Positions 18,144 through 27,866 of a stretch of 64,000 bases of DNA are shown one piece after another. The DNA lies in NCBI GenBank assembly GCA_902522825.1, contig CABYXE010000003.1:2212-66211 (forward strand). Direction: 5' to 3'. Numbering within the stretch: the first letter of the stretch is position 1; the number at the start of each line of letters is the position of its first letter. The translations under genes and the position numbers were made by a program. The notes under the pieces are model-generated. The model saw only the letters and a program-made list of their open reading frames with translations, had not been told where the DNA came from and searched no databases. The stretch is from an uncultured SAR86 cluster bacterium (GTDB lineage Bacteria > Pseudomonadota > Gammaproteobacteria > Magnimaribacterales > AG-339-G14).

Positions 18144-19953
18144 ACAATATTCTAAAATTTATATCTTATTCTTATTCTCATTTTCAGTTAATGCGCAAGA
18201 TGTGTCTCAATATCAAACTGAATTAGATAAGCTTCCAGACTCAGTTAGGAACTCTGTTTTTGAAAGAATGAGTGAAACAGATTTTCCTGAAGAAAATACT
18301 TCACCATCTACTGAAGAAATTTTTACGGATAATAGATTAGATAGATATGACCTTCTAAATAGTGACTATGATAGGTATGGATCAATAATTCCAAAACCTT
18401 TTGGATATGATCTCTTTAAAAATTACCAAAGGACCAGCTCATCTTCATCCCAATCTGCTCCAGCGGATTATGTTTTAGGCCCGGGCGACCAACTTAGAAT
18501 TAATTTCTCTGGCTCTACAAAAGCTTCTCGAAAGGTTGTAATCGATAGAGAAGGTAGTTTTTATTTGAGAGAGATTGGTTCAATTAATCTTTCCGGATTG
18601 AGTTATAAAAACGCTCAAGAAGAGCTTGATCGAATTGTTGAAGCTTCACTTATTGGAACTGAGGTGTCAATTTCACTTTTAAAGGTGAGACCGATTCAAA
18701 TTTTTGTAGCAGGACAATCTATAAATCCTGGCAGTTATAATTTGAGTGCTCTCTCTAATATTTCGTCTGCTTTATTTGAATCTGGAGGGCCAAATAATTC
18801 TGGATCTTTAAGAAATATTTCTTTAAAAAGATCAAACGAAGTTGTTGGAACCTTAGATTTGTACGATTTATTTATAAGCGGAAACTCAACTTCTAATATT
18901 AAAATTCAATCGGGAGATGTGCTTCTTATAAACCCCATTCAAAAACAAATAAAAATATTTGGTGAAATTAACAGAGAAGCAATATTTGAATTAACAGACG
19001 AAGAAGGTTTTAAAGATTTATTATTTTTTGCTTCAGGTTTTAAGCCATTGGCTGACAAAAATAAAATAGTTCTTACGAGGCAATCCATAGATAATTCAAT
19101 TTTTATAAAAGAAATGACTCTCTCAGAATTAAAAGGTTATCCACTAGAAGCTGGAGATTCAATTTTTATTGACCGCTTGCCATCAATTGCCATTGATGCC
19201 AATAAATCTAAAAGAGAAAGCATTAAACTTGAAGGAGCATTTGTTAATCCTGGAAGATATTTTATTGAAGAAGGCGAAACTCTTTTTGAATTAATCACTA
19301 GATCTGGAGGTTACTCAGAAGATGCATATGTCGAAGCTGGCATTTTTTTAAGAAACTCTGTTGCCAAAAAAGAGAAGGATGGACTTCTTAGGGCTGCAGA
19401 TGATTTAGAAAAGGGTATTGCAAGAGCAATTCAGACTGGACAATTTTCTCAGGTAAGCTCTCCAGATCTGGCAATAAGGTTAATAGGTAATATTGTAGAA
19501 CAATTAAAAGATGCAAGTCCTTTAGGACGGGTTGTTACTAATTTCGACTTAACTGTTATGAATGATAAAAATTTAGATATAGATATCGTCTTGAGAGATT
19601 CAGACAGAGTTATTATGCCTAAGAAAAAATCTACGGTTACTGTTTCAGGAGAAGTTTTGTCGCCAAGTTCGTACGTCTTTTCCAAAAATTTAAGTTATTC
19701 TGATTACATTAAACTTGCAGGTGGATTTAGGGAAAGTGCAGATGAAGATAATGTCTTTTTCTTGTTGCCTAATGGTCAAGCTTCAAAACCTTCAACTGGA
19801 TGGTTTTCATCAAATAAAATGCTTCCAGGAACTGTAATAGTAGTTCCACAAGATACAACTGAATTATCAAACTTAGCATTTTGGAGAGCTATCCTTCCAA
19901 TTTTCTCTAATTTAGTTCAAACGCTCGCAGCAATAGATGCTCTTAGTGATTAG
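18136..19953 (+). CDS. polysaccharide export protein (Poly_export plus several SLBB repeats, KpsD/Wza-like), non-lipoprotein signal peptide
   Basis: Signal FSFSVNA|QD without Cys. YVLGPGDQLRINFSG Poly_export motif. Repeated SGDV/GD(S)I beta-grasp-like modules. Confidence 0.6.
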   Translation: MIKQYSKIYILFLFSFSVNAQDVSQYQTELDKLPDSVRNSVFERMSETDFPEENTSPSTEEIFTDNRLDRYDLLNSDYDRYGSIIPKPFGYDLFKNYQRTSSSSSQSAPADYVLGPGDQLRINFSGSTKASRKVVIDREGSFYLREIGSINLSGLSYKNAQEELDRIVEASLIGTEVSISLLKVRPIQIFVAGQSINPGSYNLSALSNISSALFESGGPNNSGSLRNISLKRSNEVVGTLDLYDLFISGNSTSNIKIQSGDVLLINPIQKQIKIFGEINREAIFELTDEEGFKDLLFFASGFKPLADKNKIVLTRQSIDNSIFIKEMTLSELKGYPLEAGDSIFIDRLPSIAIDANKSKRESIKLEGAFVNPGRYFIEEGETLFELITRSGGYSEDAYVEAGIFLRNSVAKKEKDGLLRAADDLEKGIARAIQTGQFSQVSSPDLAIRLIGNIVEQLKDASPLGRVVTNFDLTVMNDKNLDIDIVLRDSDRVIMPKKKSTVTVSGEVLSPSSYVFSKNLSYSDYIKLAGGFRESADEDNVFFLLPNGQASKPSTGWFSSNKMLPGTVIVVPQDTTELSNLAFWRAILPIFSNLVQTLAAIDALSD

Positions 19954-19963
19954 GAATAATTAA

Positions 19964-20974
19964 TTGAGTTTTAATAATCTTGCACTAAAAATTTCACGAA
20001 ATTTACCTCCTGAACTAAGTAATAAATTTTCTCTAAAAAGCCTGAAACTAATTTATAAACTCAATCTATTAAAAGTTCTATTTTCTTCGATCGAAGCAAA
20101 AACTTCTTCCATCAATCTTCTTGGTTTAGATTTTCCTAACAAAATAGGAGTTGCAGGTGGACTAGATAAAAACGCTGAGTATTTCCATGTTCTTGGAAAT
20201 TTAGGATTTGGATTTGTTGAAGTTGGAACTATAACCATGAAACCTCAACAAGGAAATCCAAAGCCACGAATTCATCGATTCAATAATGAAGAAACTATAA
20301 TTAATTCTCTTGGGTTTAATAATATAGGCGCGGTAAAAGCCTTAAAAAATATAGAAAAAAATAAACCAAGTTTTGAAGGTGTGCTTGGTGTCAGCATCGG
20401 TAAGGGAAAAGAAATCAAAAATGAAAGAGCTCATGAGGATTATTTACATTTAATTGACTACTTTAAAGACGTAGCAGATTATTTTGCAGTCAACATATCT
20501 TCTCCAAATACAAAAGGTTTAAGAAATCTATCTAAGGACGATTATTTTAATAAACTAACCGACGAGATCATGAATAAACGAGAACAAATCTCAAAAGGCT
20601 TTTCTATTTATAAACCTATCGTCATTAAAATTTCACCTGACGAATCTTTTTTTGATTTAGAAAAAATAGTTTCCTTAAGTATAGAAAAAAATGTTGATGG
20701 TTTTATATTGACTAATACTTCTTTAAATCATAATTATAATTTGCCGGGAGGAATAAGCGGAAAAGCTTTAAAACAAAAATCTGAAGAATCTTTAAAATTT
20801 GTAAGATCCATTATCGGTGATAAAGCGGTCATCATTTCTTCAGGAGGACTGATGACTAAGGAAGATGTAATTACTAGAATATCCATGAAAGCTGACTTAA
20901 TTCAGTTATATTCTGGCTTTGTTTTTCATGGAAATAAACTTTTACAAGATGCTTTAGAAATTAGTTCTACTTGA
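19964..20974 (+). CDS. pyrD: dihydroorotate dehydrogenase (quinone)
   Basis: GVAGGLDKN, GFGFVEVGT, INSLGFNN, NISSPNT, ISSGG. TTG start. Confidence 0.85.
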   Translation: MSFNNLALKISRNLPPELSNKFSLKSLKLIYKLNLLKVLFSSIEAKTSSINLLGLDFPNKIGVAGGLDKNAEYFHVLGNLGFGFVEVGTITMKPQQGNPKPRIHRFNNEETIINSLGFNNIGAVKALKNIEKNKPSFEGVLGVSIGKGKEIKNERAHEDYLHLIDYFKDVADYFAVNISSPNTKGLRNLSKDDYFNKLTDEIMNKREQISKGFSIYKPIVIKISPDESFFDLEKIVSLSIEKNVDGFILTNTSLNHNYNLPGGISGKALKQKSEESLKFVRSIIGDKAVIISSGGLMTKEDVITRISMKADLIQLYSGFVFHGNKLLQDALEISST

Positions 20975-21008
20975 CAAATTAATCAAAATTAGAAGATATT
21001 AAAAAAGG

Positions 21009-23582
21009 ATGAAAAACTTAGTCATAGTAGAATCTGGTGCTAAAGCAACAAAAATTACCGGATTTTTAAATAAAAACTTTCCTGCCGATGATTGGCAAGT
21101 AGAAGCTTGCTTGGGCCATATCAGAGATTTACCTGATGATGAAACAGCTGTTAATCCCGATAATTGGACTGATTTGAAATGGAAAGAAACTCAAAAGGGC
21201 AAGAAGACAATTAAAGCAATAAGGAAGTTATGTAATGAAGTTGATTGTGTCTACCTTGCGACTGATCCGGATAGAGAAGGAGAGGCAATAGCATGGCACT
21301 TAAAAGACGATTTTAAAAATAAAAAAATTTTAGATAAGATTCAAACCAAAAGAATAACTTTTAACGAAATTACTTCTTCAGCAATAAAATCTGCTATTCA
21401 AAATCCAAGGGAAATTGATCAGAACTTAGTAGATGCTTATTTAACTAGAAGAATTCTAGATCATTTAATCGGATTTAAAGTTTCACCTTTTTTATGGAGG
21501 CATGTCTCAAGAGCAAAGTCAGCTGGCAGAGTTCAATCGCCATCGTTAAGGATAATTTGTGAAAGAGAAGATTTGAGAGATGCTCACGTATCTGAAGAAT
21601 ATTGGCCAATAAAAGCTAAATTTAAATTCAGTGACTTTGAGCTTGATGCTGAACTTGTAGAAGCAAATGGAATAAACACAACAAAAAAACCATTAAGTAA
21701 TGAAAAAGAAGTTAATGATGTTCTTAAAGAATTTAAAAATACTACTTTTGCAGTATCAGAAATCGAAACCAAACCTCAATCGAGTTCACCAAAGGCTCCT
21801 TTTAGAACTTCTACCTTACAAATGTCTGCTGCAAGTTCTTTAGGTTATACAGCAGATAGAACAATGAGAGCAGCGCAAAATTTATACGAAGGCGGTTTAA
21901 TTACGTATTTAAGAACAGATGGAATTTCAATAAGCACCTCTCCTAATACAGGAGAACCTTTTTCTGAAGAAAAACCAGGGCCTCCTCCGCTTCAAGAGAT
22001 AAGAAATATAATAAAAAAAGAATTTGATGAAACCTTTTTATCTGAACAAGTTAGAGTTTATAAATCTAAAGTACAAAATTCTCAAGAAGCCCATGAGGCT
22101 ATTAGACCCACAAATATCAGTTCAAGACCTAAAGATTTAAATCTAGGACAGGATGAACAAAAACTATATCAGCTAATCTGGAATAGGACGGTAGCGAGTC
22201 AGATGGTTAATTCAAAACACGAAAGAAAAAATTTGATAATTTCGTCTGAAAACAAAAAATTTTTATTTAAAGCTGCATCCAGGAAAAATTTATTTCCAGG
22301 GTTTGAAATCCTTACAAAGGAAGATAAAGATAGCGATATTCAATTTCCTGAAAATTTAATTGAAGGCGAAAAATTAATTCTTGTAAATGAAAACGCAGAA
22401 CAAAAATTTACTCTTCCTCCAAACAGATATTCTGAGGCTTCGCTTATAAAAAGAATGGAAGAAGAGGGAATTGGAAGACCCTCGACATATGCCTCAACCG
22501 TCAAAGGGCTTAGAGATAAAAAATATGCTTACGGAGCGAAATCTATTGCACCATCTGATTTAGGGAGGATTCTGACTTCCTATCTAAAATCAATATTCAA
22601 AGATTTCTTCATAGAAACTCAATTTACTGCAGAAATGGAAAGTAGTTTGGATCAAATTGCTGCAGGCGATAAACAGTGGAAAGAAGTTTTGGATAAATTT
22701 TGGGAAGAATTACAAAACTACTTGAATAGAAAGATAAATGATATTGAAATTAGTAATAAAGACGAATTTAAAACACGACAAGTTTTAGATTTATTAAACG
22801 AAGAGCTTTATGAAGTAATTTTTCCAAAAAATAAAAAAGGCGAAATTAGAAGAGACTGCCCAAAGTGTTCGTCTGAGTTAAGTCTAAAATCTGGGGCTTG
22901 GGGGTATTTTGTTGGATGCTCGGAATGTAAATGGTCCAAAAAACCTTTTGAATTTAATATTGAATGGGAAACCTATCAAGTGCTTCCTAAAGAAATAGGA
23001 AAACATCCTGAATATCAAGAAATAGTTTTTGCCGATATAAGTATCAACGGCCCATGTGTTTGGACAATGAGAGAAGAAAAGAAAATTTTTGGATCTCCAG
23101 ATGATGATGAAAATTTATTAGATATTGGTCTTAACAGAGCTGTCGAGTTAATTGAAAGAGATTCTGGAGAACATATTCTATTTACTGAATCAAATAGTGG
23201 TTTACCAGTGTTACTTAAAAATGGCAGGTTTGGAGAATACACTGAGTTTGATGGGTTCAATAAAGCTACTAAACTTCCTCCTGAAGATAAGCCTAAAAAT
23301 CCAAAAGTTTCATATTACGATCCGCATGAAATGGATTATGAAAACGCAGAAACGAAATTATTCGTCTTGAAGAGTTTAAGAATTATTGGCTTTCATCCAG
23401 AGTCTAATAAACCCATAGGTATAAAGATCAGAAAACCTGGCAAAGCATTTAAATTCGTTAAGTTTATAAAGTGTGGAGAAAAAGAAGTTGAGTGTCCAAA
23501 TGATTTTTATAAACTTGAAATAGAAGAGCAGAATTCTTTAATAAAAGAAGCTTTATCAATAGATAACTTTAAAACTATTTAA
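21009..23582 (+). CDS. topA: DNA topoisomerase I
   Basis: TOPRIM LVIVESGAKA...ATDPDREGEAI, active-site region ITYLRTDG. A single C4 zinc ribbon CPKC...CSEC. Confidence 0.9.
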   Translation: MKNLVIVESGAKATKITGFLNKNFPADDWQVEACLGHIRDLPDDETAVNPDNWTDLKWKETQKGKKTIKAIRKLCNEVDCVYLATDPDREGEAIAWHLKDDFKNKKILDKIQTKRITFNEITSSAIKSAIQNPREIDQNLVDAYLTRRILDHLIGFKVSPFLWRHVSRAKSAGRVQSPSLRIICEREDLRDAHVSEEYWPIKAKFKFSDFELDAELVEANGINTTKKPLSNEKEVNDVLKEFKNTTFAVSEIETKPQSSSPKAPFRTSTLQMSAASSLGYTADRTMRAAQNLYEGGLITYLRTDGISISTSPNTGEPFSEEKPGPPPLQEIRNIIKKEFDETFLSEQVRVYKSKVQNSQEAHEAIRPTNISSRPKDLNLGQDEQKLYQLIWNRTVASQMVNSKHERKNLIISSENKKFLFKAASRKNLFPGFEILTKEDKDSDIQFPENLIEGEKLILVNENAEQKFTLPPNRYSEASLIKRMEEEGIGRPSTYASTVKGLRDKKYAYGAKSIAPSDLGRILTSYLKSIFKDFFIETQFTAEMESSLDQIAAGDKQWKEVLDKFWEELQNYLNRKINDIEISNKDEFKTRQVLDLLNEELYEVIFPKNKKGEIRRDCPKCSSELSLKSGAWGYFVGCSECKWSKKPFEFNIEWETYQVLPKEIGKHPEYQEIVFADISINGPCVWTMREEKKIFGSPDDDENLLDIGLNRAVELIERDSGEHILFTESNSGLPVLLKNGRFGEYTEFDGFNKATKLPPEDKPKNPKVSYYDPHEMDYENAETKLFVLKSLRIIGFHPESNKPIGIKIRKPGKAFKFVKFIKCGEKEVECPNDFYKLEIEEQNSLIKEALSIDNFKTI

Positions 23583-24181
23583 GCAAAGTCCCTTAAAAGG
23601 CCCACACATGTTCCTTCAAAGGCTAAATCTTCGGTTTTTGGATTTACCTCTATATTAGAATAATTTGAGTTTTCTGGTTGAAGAATAACTAAATCTGGAG
23701 AAATGCTTTTCAAAGTTTTAACCGTTACTTCATCATTTATTCTTGCTATTACAATGGCACCTTCTTTAATTTGAGTTTTCTTGTTAACAGCAATTAAATC
23801 ATTTTCTAATATGCCAGCTTCAATCATGCTATCTCCTCTTACGCGAAGATAGAAATCTACGCCGTGAGATAGAATATTCTGCGAGGAAGGAATTCTTTTT
23901 TCTATATTTTCTTGTGCAAGGATTGGTCCTCCTGCACTTACAAGACCAATTACAGGTATGCCTAGGTCTTCTTTTATAATTGAAATTCCTCTAGATGCTC
24001 CAGACACTATATTTAAAACACCTTTCTTCTTTAAAGCTTTAAGATGATCTTCAGCTGCATTTGGCGATTTAAATCCAAAAACTTTTGCAATTTCTGATCT
24101 AGTAGGAGGGTAGCCATTAGATTCAATTTCTTTTTTAATAAATTCAAATATTTCTGATTGTCTTGTAGTCAAATTAATCAT
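23579..24181 (-). CDS. lexA: LexA repressor
   Basis: Aligns with E. coli LexA from Met1 (M..LT.RQ...PPTR.EIA...SPNAAE.HLKAL.KKGV). AG cleavage site in VSAGGPI, Ser in RGDSM, Lys in VTVKTL. Confidence 0.9.
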   Translation of the reverse strand: MINLTTRQSEIFEFIKKEIESNGYPPTRSEIAKVFGFKSPNAAEDHLKALKKKGVLNIVSGASRGISIIKEDLGIPVIGLVSAGGPILAQENIEKRIPSSQNILSHGVDFYLRVRGDSMIEAGILENDLIAVNKKTQIKEGAIVIARINDEVTVKTLKSISPDLVILQPENSNYSNIEVNPKTEDLAFEGTCVGLLRDFA

Positions 24182-24201
24182 ACCTGTAATTATATACAGT
24201 A
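24182..24201 (-). promoter_or_regulatory. SOS (LexA) box overlapping a TATAAT, directly abutting the lexA start codon
   Basis: The sense strand reads TACTGTATATAATTACAGGT then ATG, i.e. CTGT-N8-ACAG gammaproteobacterial consensus. The internal TATAAT is at 24189..24194. Confidence 0.75.
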
Positions 24202-24295
24202 TTAATTAATTTTTCATACTATTTGTTCCTATTTTGATATATTATTTAATTGTTTTAAAAATAACATTTTATATATCATTAAGAAATAAGAAATT

Positions 24296-25270
24296 ATGAA
24301 GTTCCAACAGTTAGTTTATGTAAGAGAAGTGGCAAGAAGCAATTTAAATGTTTCACAAGCTTCTAAAATTTTATACACCTCTCAGCCTGGAATTAGCAAA
24401 CAAATTAAGTTGCTCGAAGAAGAGCTGGGCATAGAGTTATTTGAAAGATCTGGTAAGCATCTTGTTAGTGTTACTCCGGTAGGACAAAAGATTCTGACTC
24501 AAATAGAAGAAATACTAGCGCTTGTCGATGGAATAAAGCATGCAGCTACTGAATTTTCTGATGAAGATTATGGGACTTTAAGTATCGCTACAACTCATAC
24601 GCAAGCAAAATTTACTTTGCCTAAAGTAGTAGACAAATTTGTAAAAAAGTATCCTAACGTTCATTTTCAAATGCATCAATGTACGCCTGATGAGTCTGTA
24701 GAAATGGCAGCTAGAGGAGAAGTAGATATAGCTTTATGGACTGAAACAAATGAAAAGGGTGAGAATCTTATTAAAATGCCTTGCTATAAATGGTCTAGAA
24801 GCGTGATCGTTCCAAAAGGGCATCCATTAACCAAATTACCAAAAATTAAGCTTAAAGATCTAGCAAACTATCCAATTGTTACTTATGTTTTTGGATTTAC
24901 TGGTAGCAATGATTTAGACAGAGCTTTCTTTGAGAGAGGATTAAAAGCAAATGTTGTATTTACAGCAACAGATGCGGATGTAATTAAAACATATGTAAAA
25001 ATGGGAACTGGCGTAGGAATTATTGCAAGTATGGCTTTTAATGAAAAAGAAGATAGTGACTTAGTGGCAATTAATGCAAATCATCTTTTTGATTCTGGTA
25101 CTACTTATATGGGTTTCAGAAGAGGAACATATTTGCGTAGCCACCTTTTTGAATTTATAAATATGTTTGCCCCACATTTAACTAAAGATATAGTCGCAAA
25201 AGCATGTGCGACAAAATCAAAAAAAGATTTAGACAAAGTATTTGACTCTACCAAACTTTTAAGGAGATAA
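24296..25270 (+). CDS. cysB: LysR-family regulator, CysB type
   Basis: 324 aa. Full-length collinearity with remembered E. coli CysB: MK.QQL.Y..EV...NLNVS......LYTSQPGISKQ...LE.ELG...F.RSGKHL, ATTHTQA, FTATDADVIKTYV, FRRGTYLRS. Confidence 0.7.
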   Translation: MKFQQLVYVREVARSNLNVSQASKILYTSQPGISKQIKLLEEELGIELFERSGKHLVSVTPVGQKILTQIEEILALVDGIKHAATEFSDEDYGTLSIATTHTQAKFTLPKVVDKFVKKYPNVHFQMHQCTPDESVEMAARGEVDIALWTETNEKGENLIKMPCYKWSRSVIVPKGHPLTKLPKIKLKDLANYPIVTYVFGFTGSNDLDRAFFERGLKANVVFTATDADVIKTYVKMGTGVGIIASMAFNEKEDSDLVAINANHLFDSGTTYMGFRRGTYLRSHLFEFINMFAPHLTKDIVAKACATKSKKDLDKVFDSTKLLRR

Positions 25271-25272
25271 AG

Positions 25273-25869
25273 TTGAACTTCTTATGTTTGGATTTTGAGG
25301 GAGTCCTCATACCTGAAATCTGGCAATATGTTGCAAAAGAGACTAATTCAAAAGAATTAATGCTTACAACTCAAGATCTTAAAGATTATGACGAGCTCAT
25401 GTCATTGAGAATGAAAGTAGTTAATGAAAAAAATATCAAATTAAGTGACATTCAAGAAATTGTAAGAACTATGGAGCCATTCGACGGAGCTGAAGAATTC
25501 TTAGGATGGGCGAGACAAAATTTTCAAGTCAGCATAGTATCTGATACCTTTTATGAGCTTGCTTGGCCCTTAGTAGAAAAATTAAACTTTCCTACAATTA
25601 TTTGTCACCATTTAGAAATTAAAAATGATCAAATTGTTAGTTATTCATTGAGGCAAAATAATAACAAACAAAAGGTAGTGGAAGCTTTATCAAATTTAAA
25701 ATACAAAGTTTTAGCAGCTGGAGATTCTTATAATGATATCAATATGCTTCAGACAGCAGATAAAGGGATATTTTTTCAAGCACCTCAACATATCAAAGAT
25801 GAGTTTCCAAATCTTCTTACTGCCGATAATCATGAAGATCTAAAAGCACATTTGCTAGAATATACCTAA
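25273..25869 (+). CDS. thrH: ThrH-type phosphoserine phosphatase/homoserine phosphotransferase (HAD)
   Basis: Collinear with Pseudomonas ThrH: .CLD.EGVL.PEIW, QV.I.SDTFYE, AAGDSYND..ML. TTG start. Confidence 0.7.
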   Translation: MNFLCLDFEGVLIPEIWQYVAKETNSKELMLTTQDLKDYDELMSLRMKVVNEKNIKLSDIQEIVRTMEPFDGAEEFLGWARQNFQVSIVSDTFYELAWPLVEKLNFPTIICHHLEIKNDQIVSYSLRQNNNKQKVVEALSNLKYKVLAAGDSYNDINMLQTADKGIFFQAPQHIKDEFPNLLTADNHEDLKAHLLEYT

Positions 25870-26729
25870 TGTCAAAAAATTTTTTTTCCTTAATAAAAAA
25901 AAACAAACCTTTAAAGGTTGTAGGGACCATAAACGCATATTCAGCTTTACTAGCTGAAAAAGCTGGCTTAGAAGCTTTATATATTTCTGGAGCGGGCGTA
26001 GCTAATGCGAGTTATGGAATTCCTGACTTGGCTATGACTTCTAAAGATAATGTATTAGAAGATTTAAGAAGAATAAGAGGAGTCTCCGAGCTCCCAATTT
26101 TAGTAGACTGTGACACTGGTTGGGGTTCTGCTCTTAGCATTTCTAAGACTATAAAAGATATGATTTCAGCTGGTGCAAATTCTGTGCATATTGAAGATCA
26201 GGTTTCTAATAAAAGATGCGGACATAGGCCTAACAAAGAGATTGTTTCAGATGATGAAATGATAGATAGAATAAAGGCTGCAAAAGACAGTTCAACTAAA
26301 GATTTTATGCTGATGGCAAGAACAGACGCTTTTGCTCAAGAAGGCTTAGAACGAGTTATAGAAAGATCGAATGCATATATTGAAGCTGGCGCAGATTCTA
26401 TTTTTCCAGAAGCAATAACAGATTTAAAAGATTATAAAAAATTGTCAGAAAGTATCTCTGTGCCTATTTTAGCCAATATTACTGAGTTCGGAATGACTCC
26501 CTTGTTTAGCGATAAGGATTTAGCTAATGTTGGAGTAGATATAATTTTACACCCTTTGAGTGCATTTAGAGCAATGTCAAAAGCGGCAGAAGAGATATAT
26601 GAAGAAATTAATACAGAAGGCTCAGTTGAAAATAAATTAAAAAAAATGCAATCTCGAGATGAATTATATGACGTACTGAATTATCATACGTACGAAGAAA
26701 AAATAGATAATCTATATTCTAAGGAATAA
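25869..26729 (+). CDS. prpB: 2-methylisocitrate lyase
   Basis: VGTINAY.ALLAE, HIEDQV..KRCGHRPNK, ANITEFG.TPLF match PrpB. Confidence 0.9.
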   Translation: MSKNFFSLIKKNKPLKVVGTINAYSALLAEKAGLEALYISGAGVANASYGIPDLAMTSKDNVLEDLRRIRGVSELPILVDCDTGWGSALSISKTIKDMISAGANSVHIEDQVSNKRCGHRPNKEIVSDDEMIDRIKAAKDSSTKDFMLMARTDAFAQEGLERVIERSNAYIEAGADSIFPEAITDLKDYKKLSESISVPILANITEFGMTPLFSDKDLANVGVDIILHPLSAFRAMSKAAEEIYEEINTEGSVENKLKKMQSRDELYDVLNYHTYEEKIDNLYSKE

Positions 26730-26733
26730 TCAC

Positions 26734-27858
26734 ATGGCAGAAAAAAAACTTGAAGGAGCTGGCCTTCGCGGACAGGTAGCTGGAAAGACTTCTTTATCTA
26801 CAGTTGGTAAAGCTGGGAAGGGCTTAACTTATAGAGGTTACGAAATTGAAGTCTTAGCTGAAAAAGCTTTTTTTGAAGAAGTGGCCTATATGTTGCTCTA
26901 TGGAAACTTACCCAATCAAGAAGAATATTCTGCTTATTCTGATAAATTAAAGAAGCTGAGATCACTTCCAAATAAACTCAAAGAGGTTTTAGAGAATATA
27001 CCTGCTTCCGCTCATCCCATGGATGTAATGAGAACGGGTTGCTCAATGCTTGGTAATCTTGAACCGGAGGGAGATTTTGAAAATCAAAACACTTCTGCAG
27101 ATAGAATTCTTGCTTCATTGGCGTCAATCATCGTTTATTGGTATAAATTTTCTCACGATGGTATCAAAGTTAATTTAGAGACTGATTACGAGACTATTGG
27201 TGGGCACTTTTTATCTCTCCTTACTGATAAAGAGCCTTCTGAAGATGATATTCGTTGTTTAGACACTTCATTAATTTTATATGCAGAGCATGGCTTTAAT
27301 GCTTCTACTTTTACTGCAAGAACATGTGCTTCTACACTTTCAGACATACACTCTTGCATAACTGGCGCAATTGGAACGCTCAGGGGACCTTTACATGGCG
27401 GAGCTAATGAAGCTGCAATGGAAATGATAGAGAAATACTCAACTAGAGAAGAAGCTCATTCTGCAGTCTTAGAAATGCTAGATAAAAAAGAAAAAATTAT
27501 GGGTTTCGGCCACGCTGTATATAGTACAGAGGATCCTAGAAATAAAATTATAAAAGCCTGGGCAGAAAAGCTTAGTAAATCAGACCGCGACGAGACCCTT
27601 TATCAAGTTTCAGAAGAAATAGAAAAAACTATGGATGAAGAAAAAAAGATGTTTGCAAACACTGATTTTTTCATGGCTTCTGCTTACCATTATTTAGGTA
27701 TACCAACCAAACTCTTCACACCTTTGTTTGTGATTGGAAGAACTTCAGGTTGGGCTGCTAATATTTTTGAACAAAGAGCCGATAATAGAATCATTAGACC
27801 TAGTGAAGAATATATTGGACCCGATCATTCCGAATGGGTTGATATTAAAAATAGATAA
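26734..27858 (+). CDS. prpC: 2-methylcitrate synthase
   Basis: Citrate-synthase family ([16 protein letters not shown]) in prpB-prpC-prpD context. Confidence 0.85.
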   Translation: MAEKKLEGAGLRGQVAGKTSLSTVGKAGKGLTYRGYEIEVLAEKAFFEEVAYMLLYGNLPNQEEYSAYSDKLKKLRSLPNKLKEVLENIPASAHPMDVMRTGCSMLGNLEPEGDFENQNTSADRILASLASIIVYWYKFSHDGIKVNLETDYETIGGHFLSLLTDKEPSEDDIRCLDTSLILYAEHGFNASTFTARTCASTLSDIHSCITGAIGTLRGPLHGGANEAAMEMIEKYSTREEAHSAVLEMLDKKEKIMGFGHAVYSTEDPRNKIIKAWAEKLSKSDRDETLYQVSEEIEKTMDEEKKMFANTDFFMASAYHYLGIPTKLFTPLFVIGRTSGWAANIFEQRADNRIIRPSEEYIGPDHSEWVDIKNR

Positions 27859-27866
27859 TTAATTAT

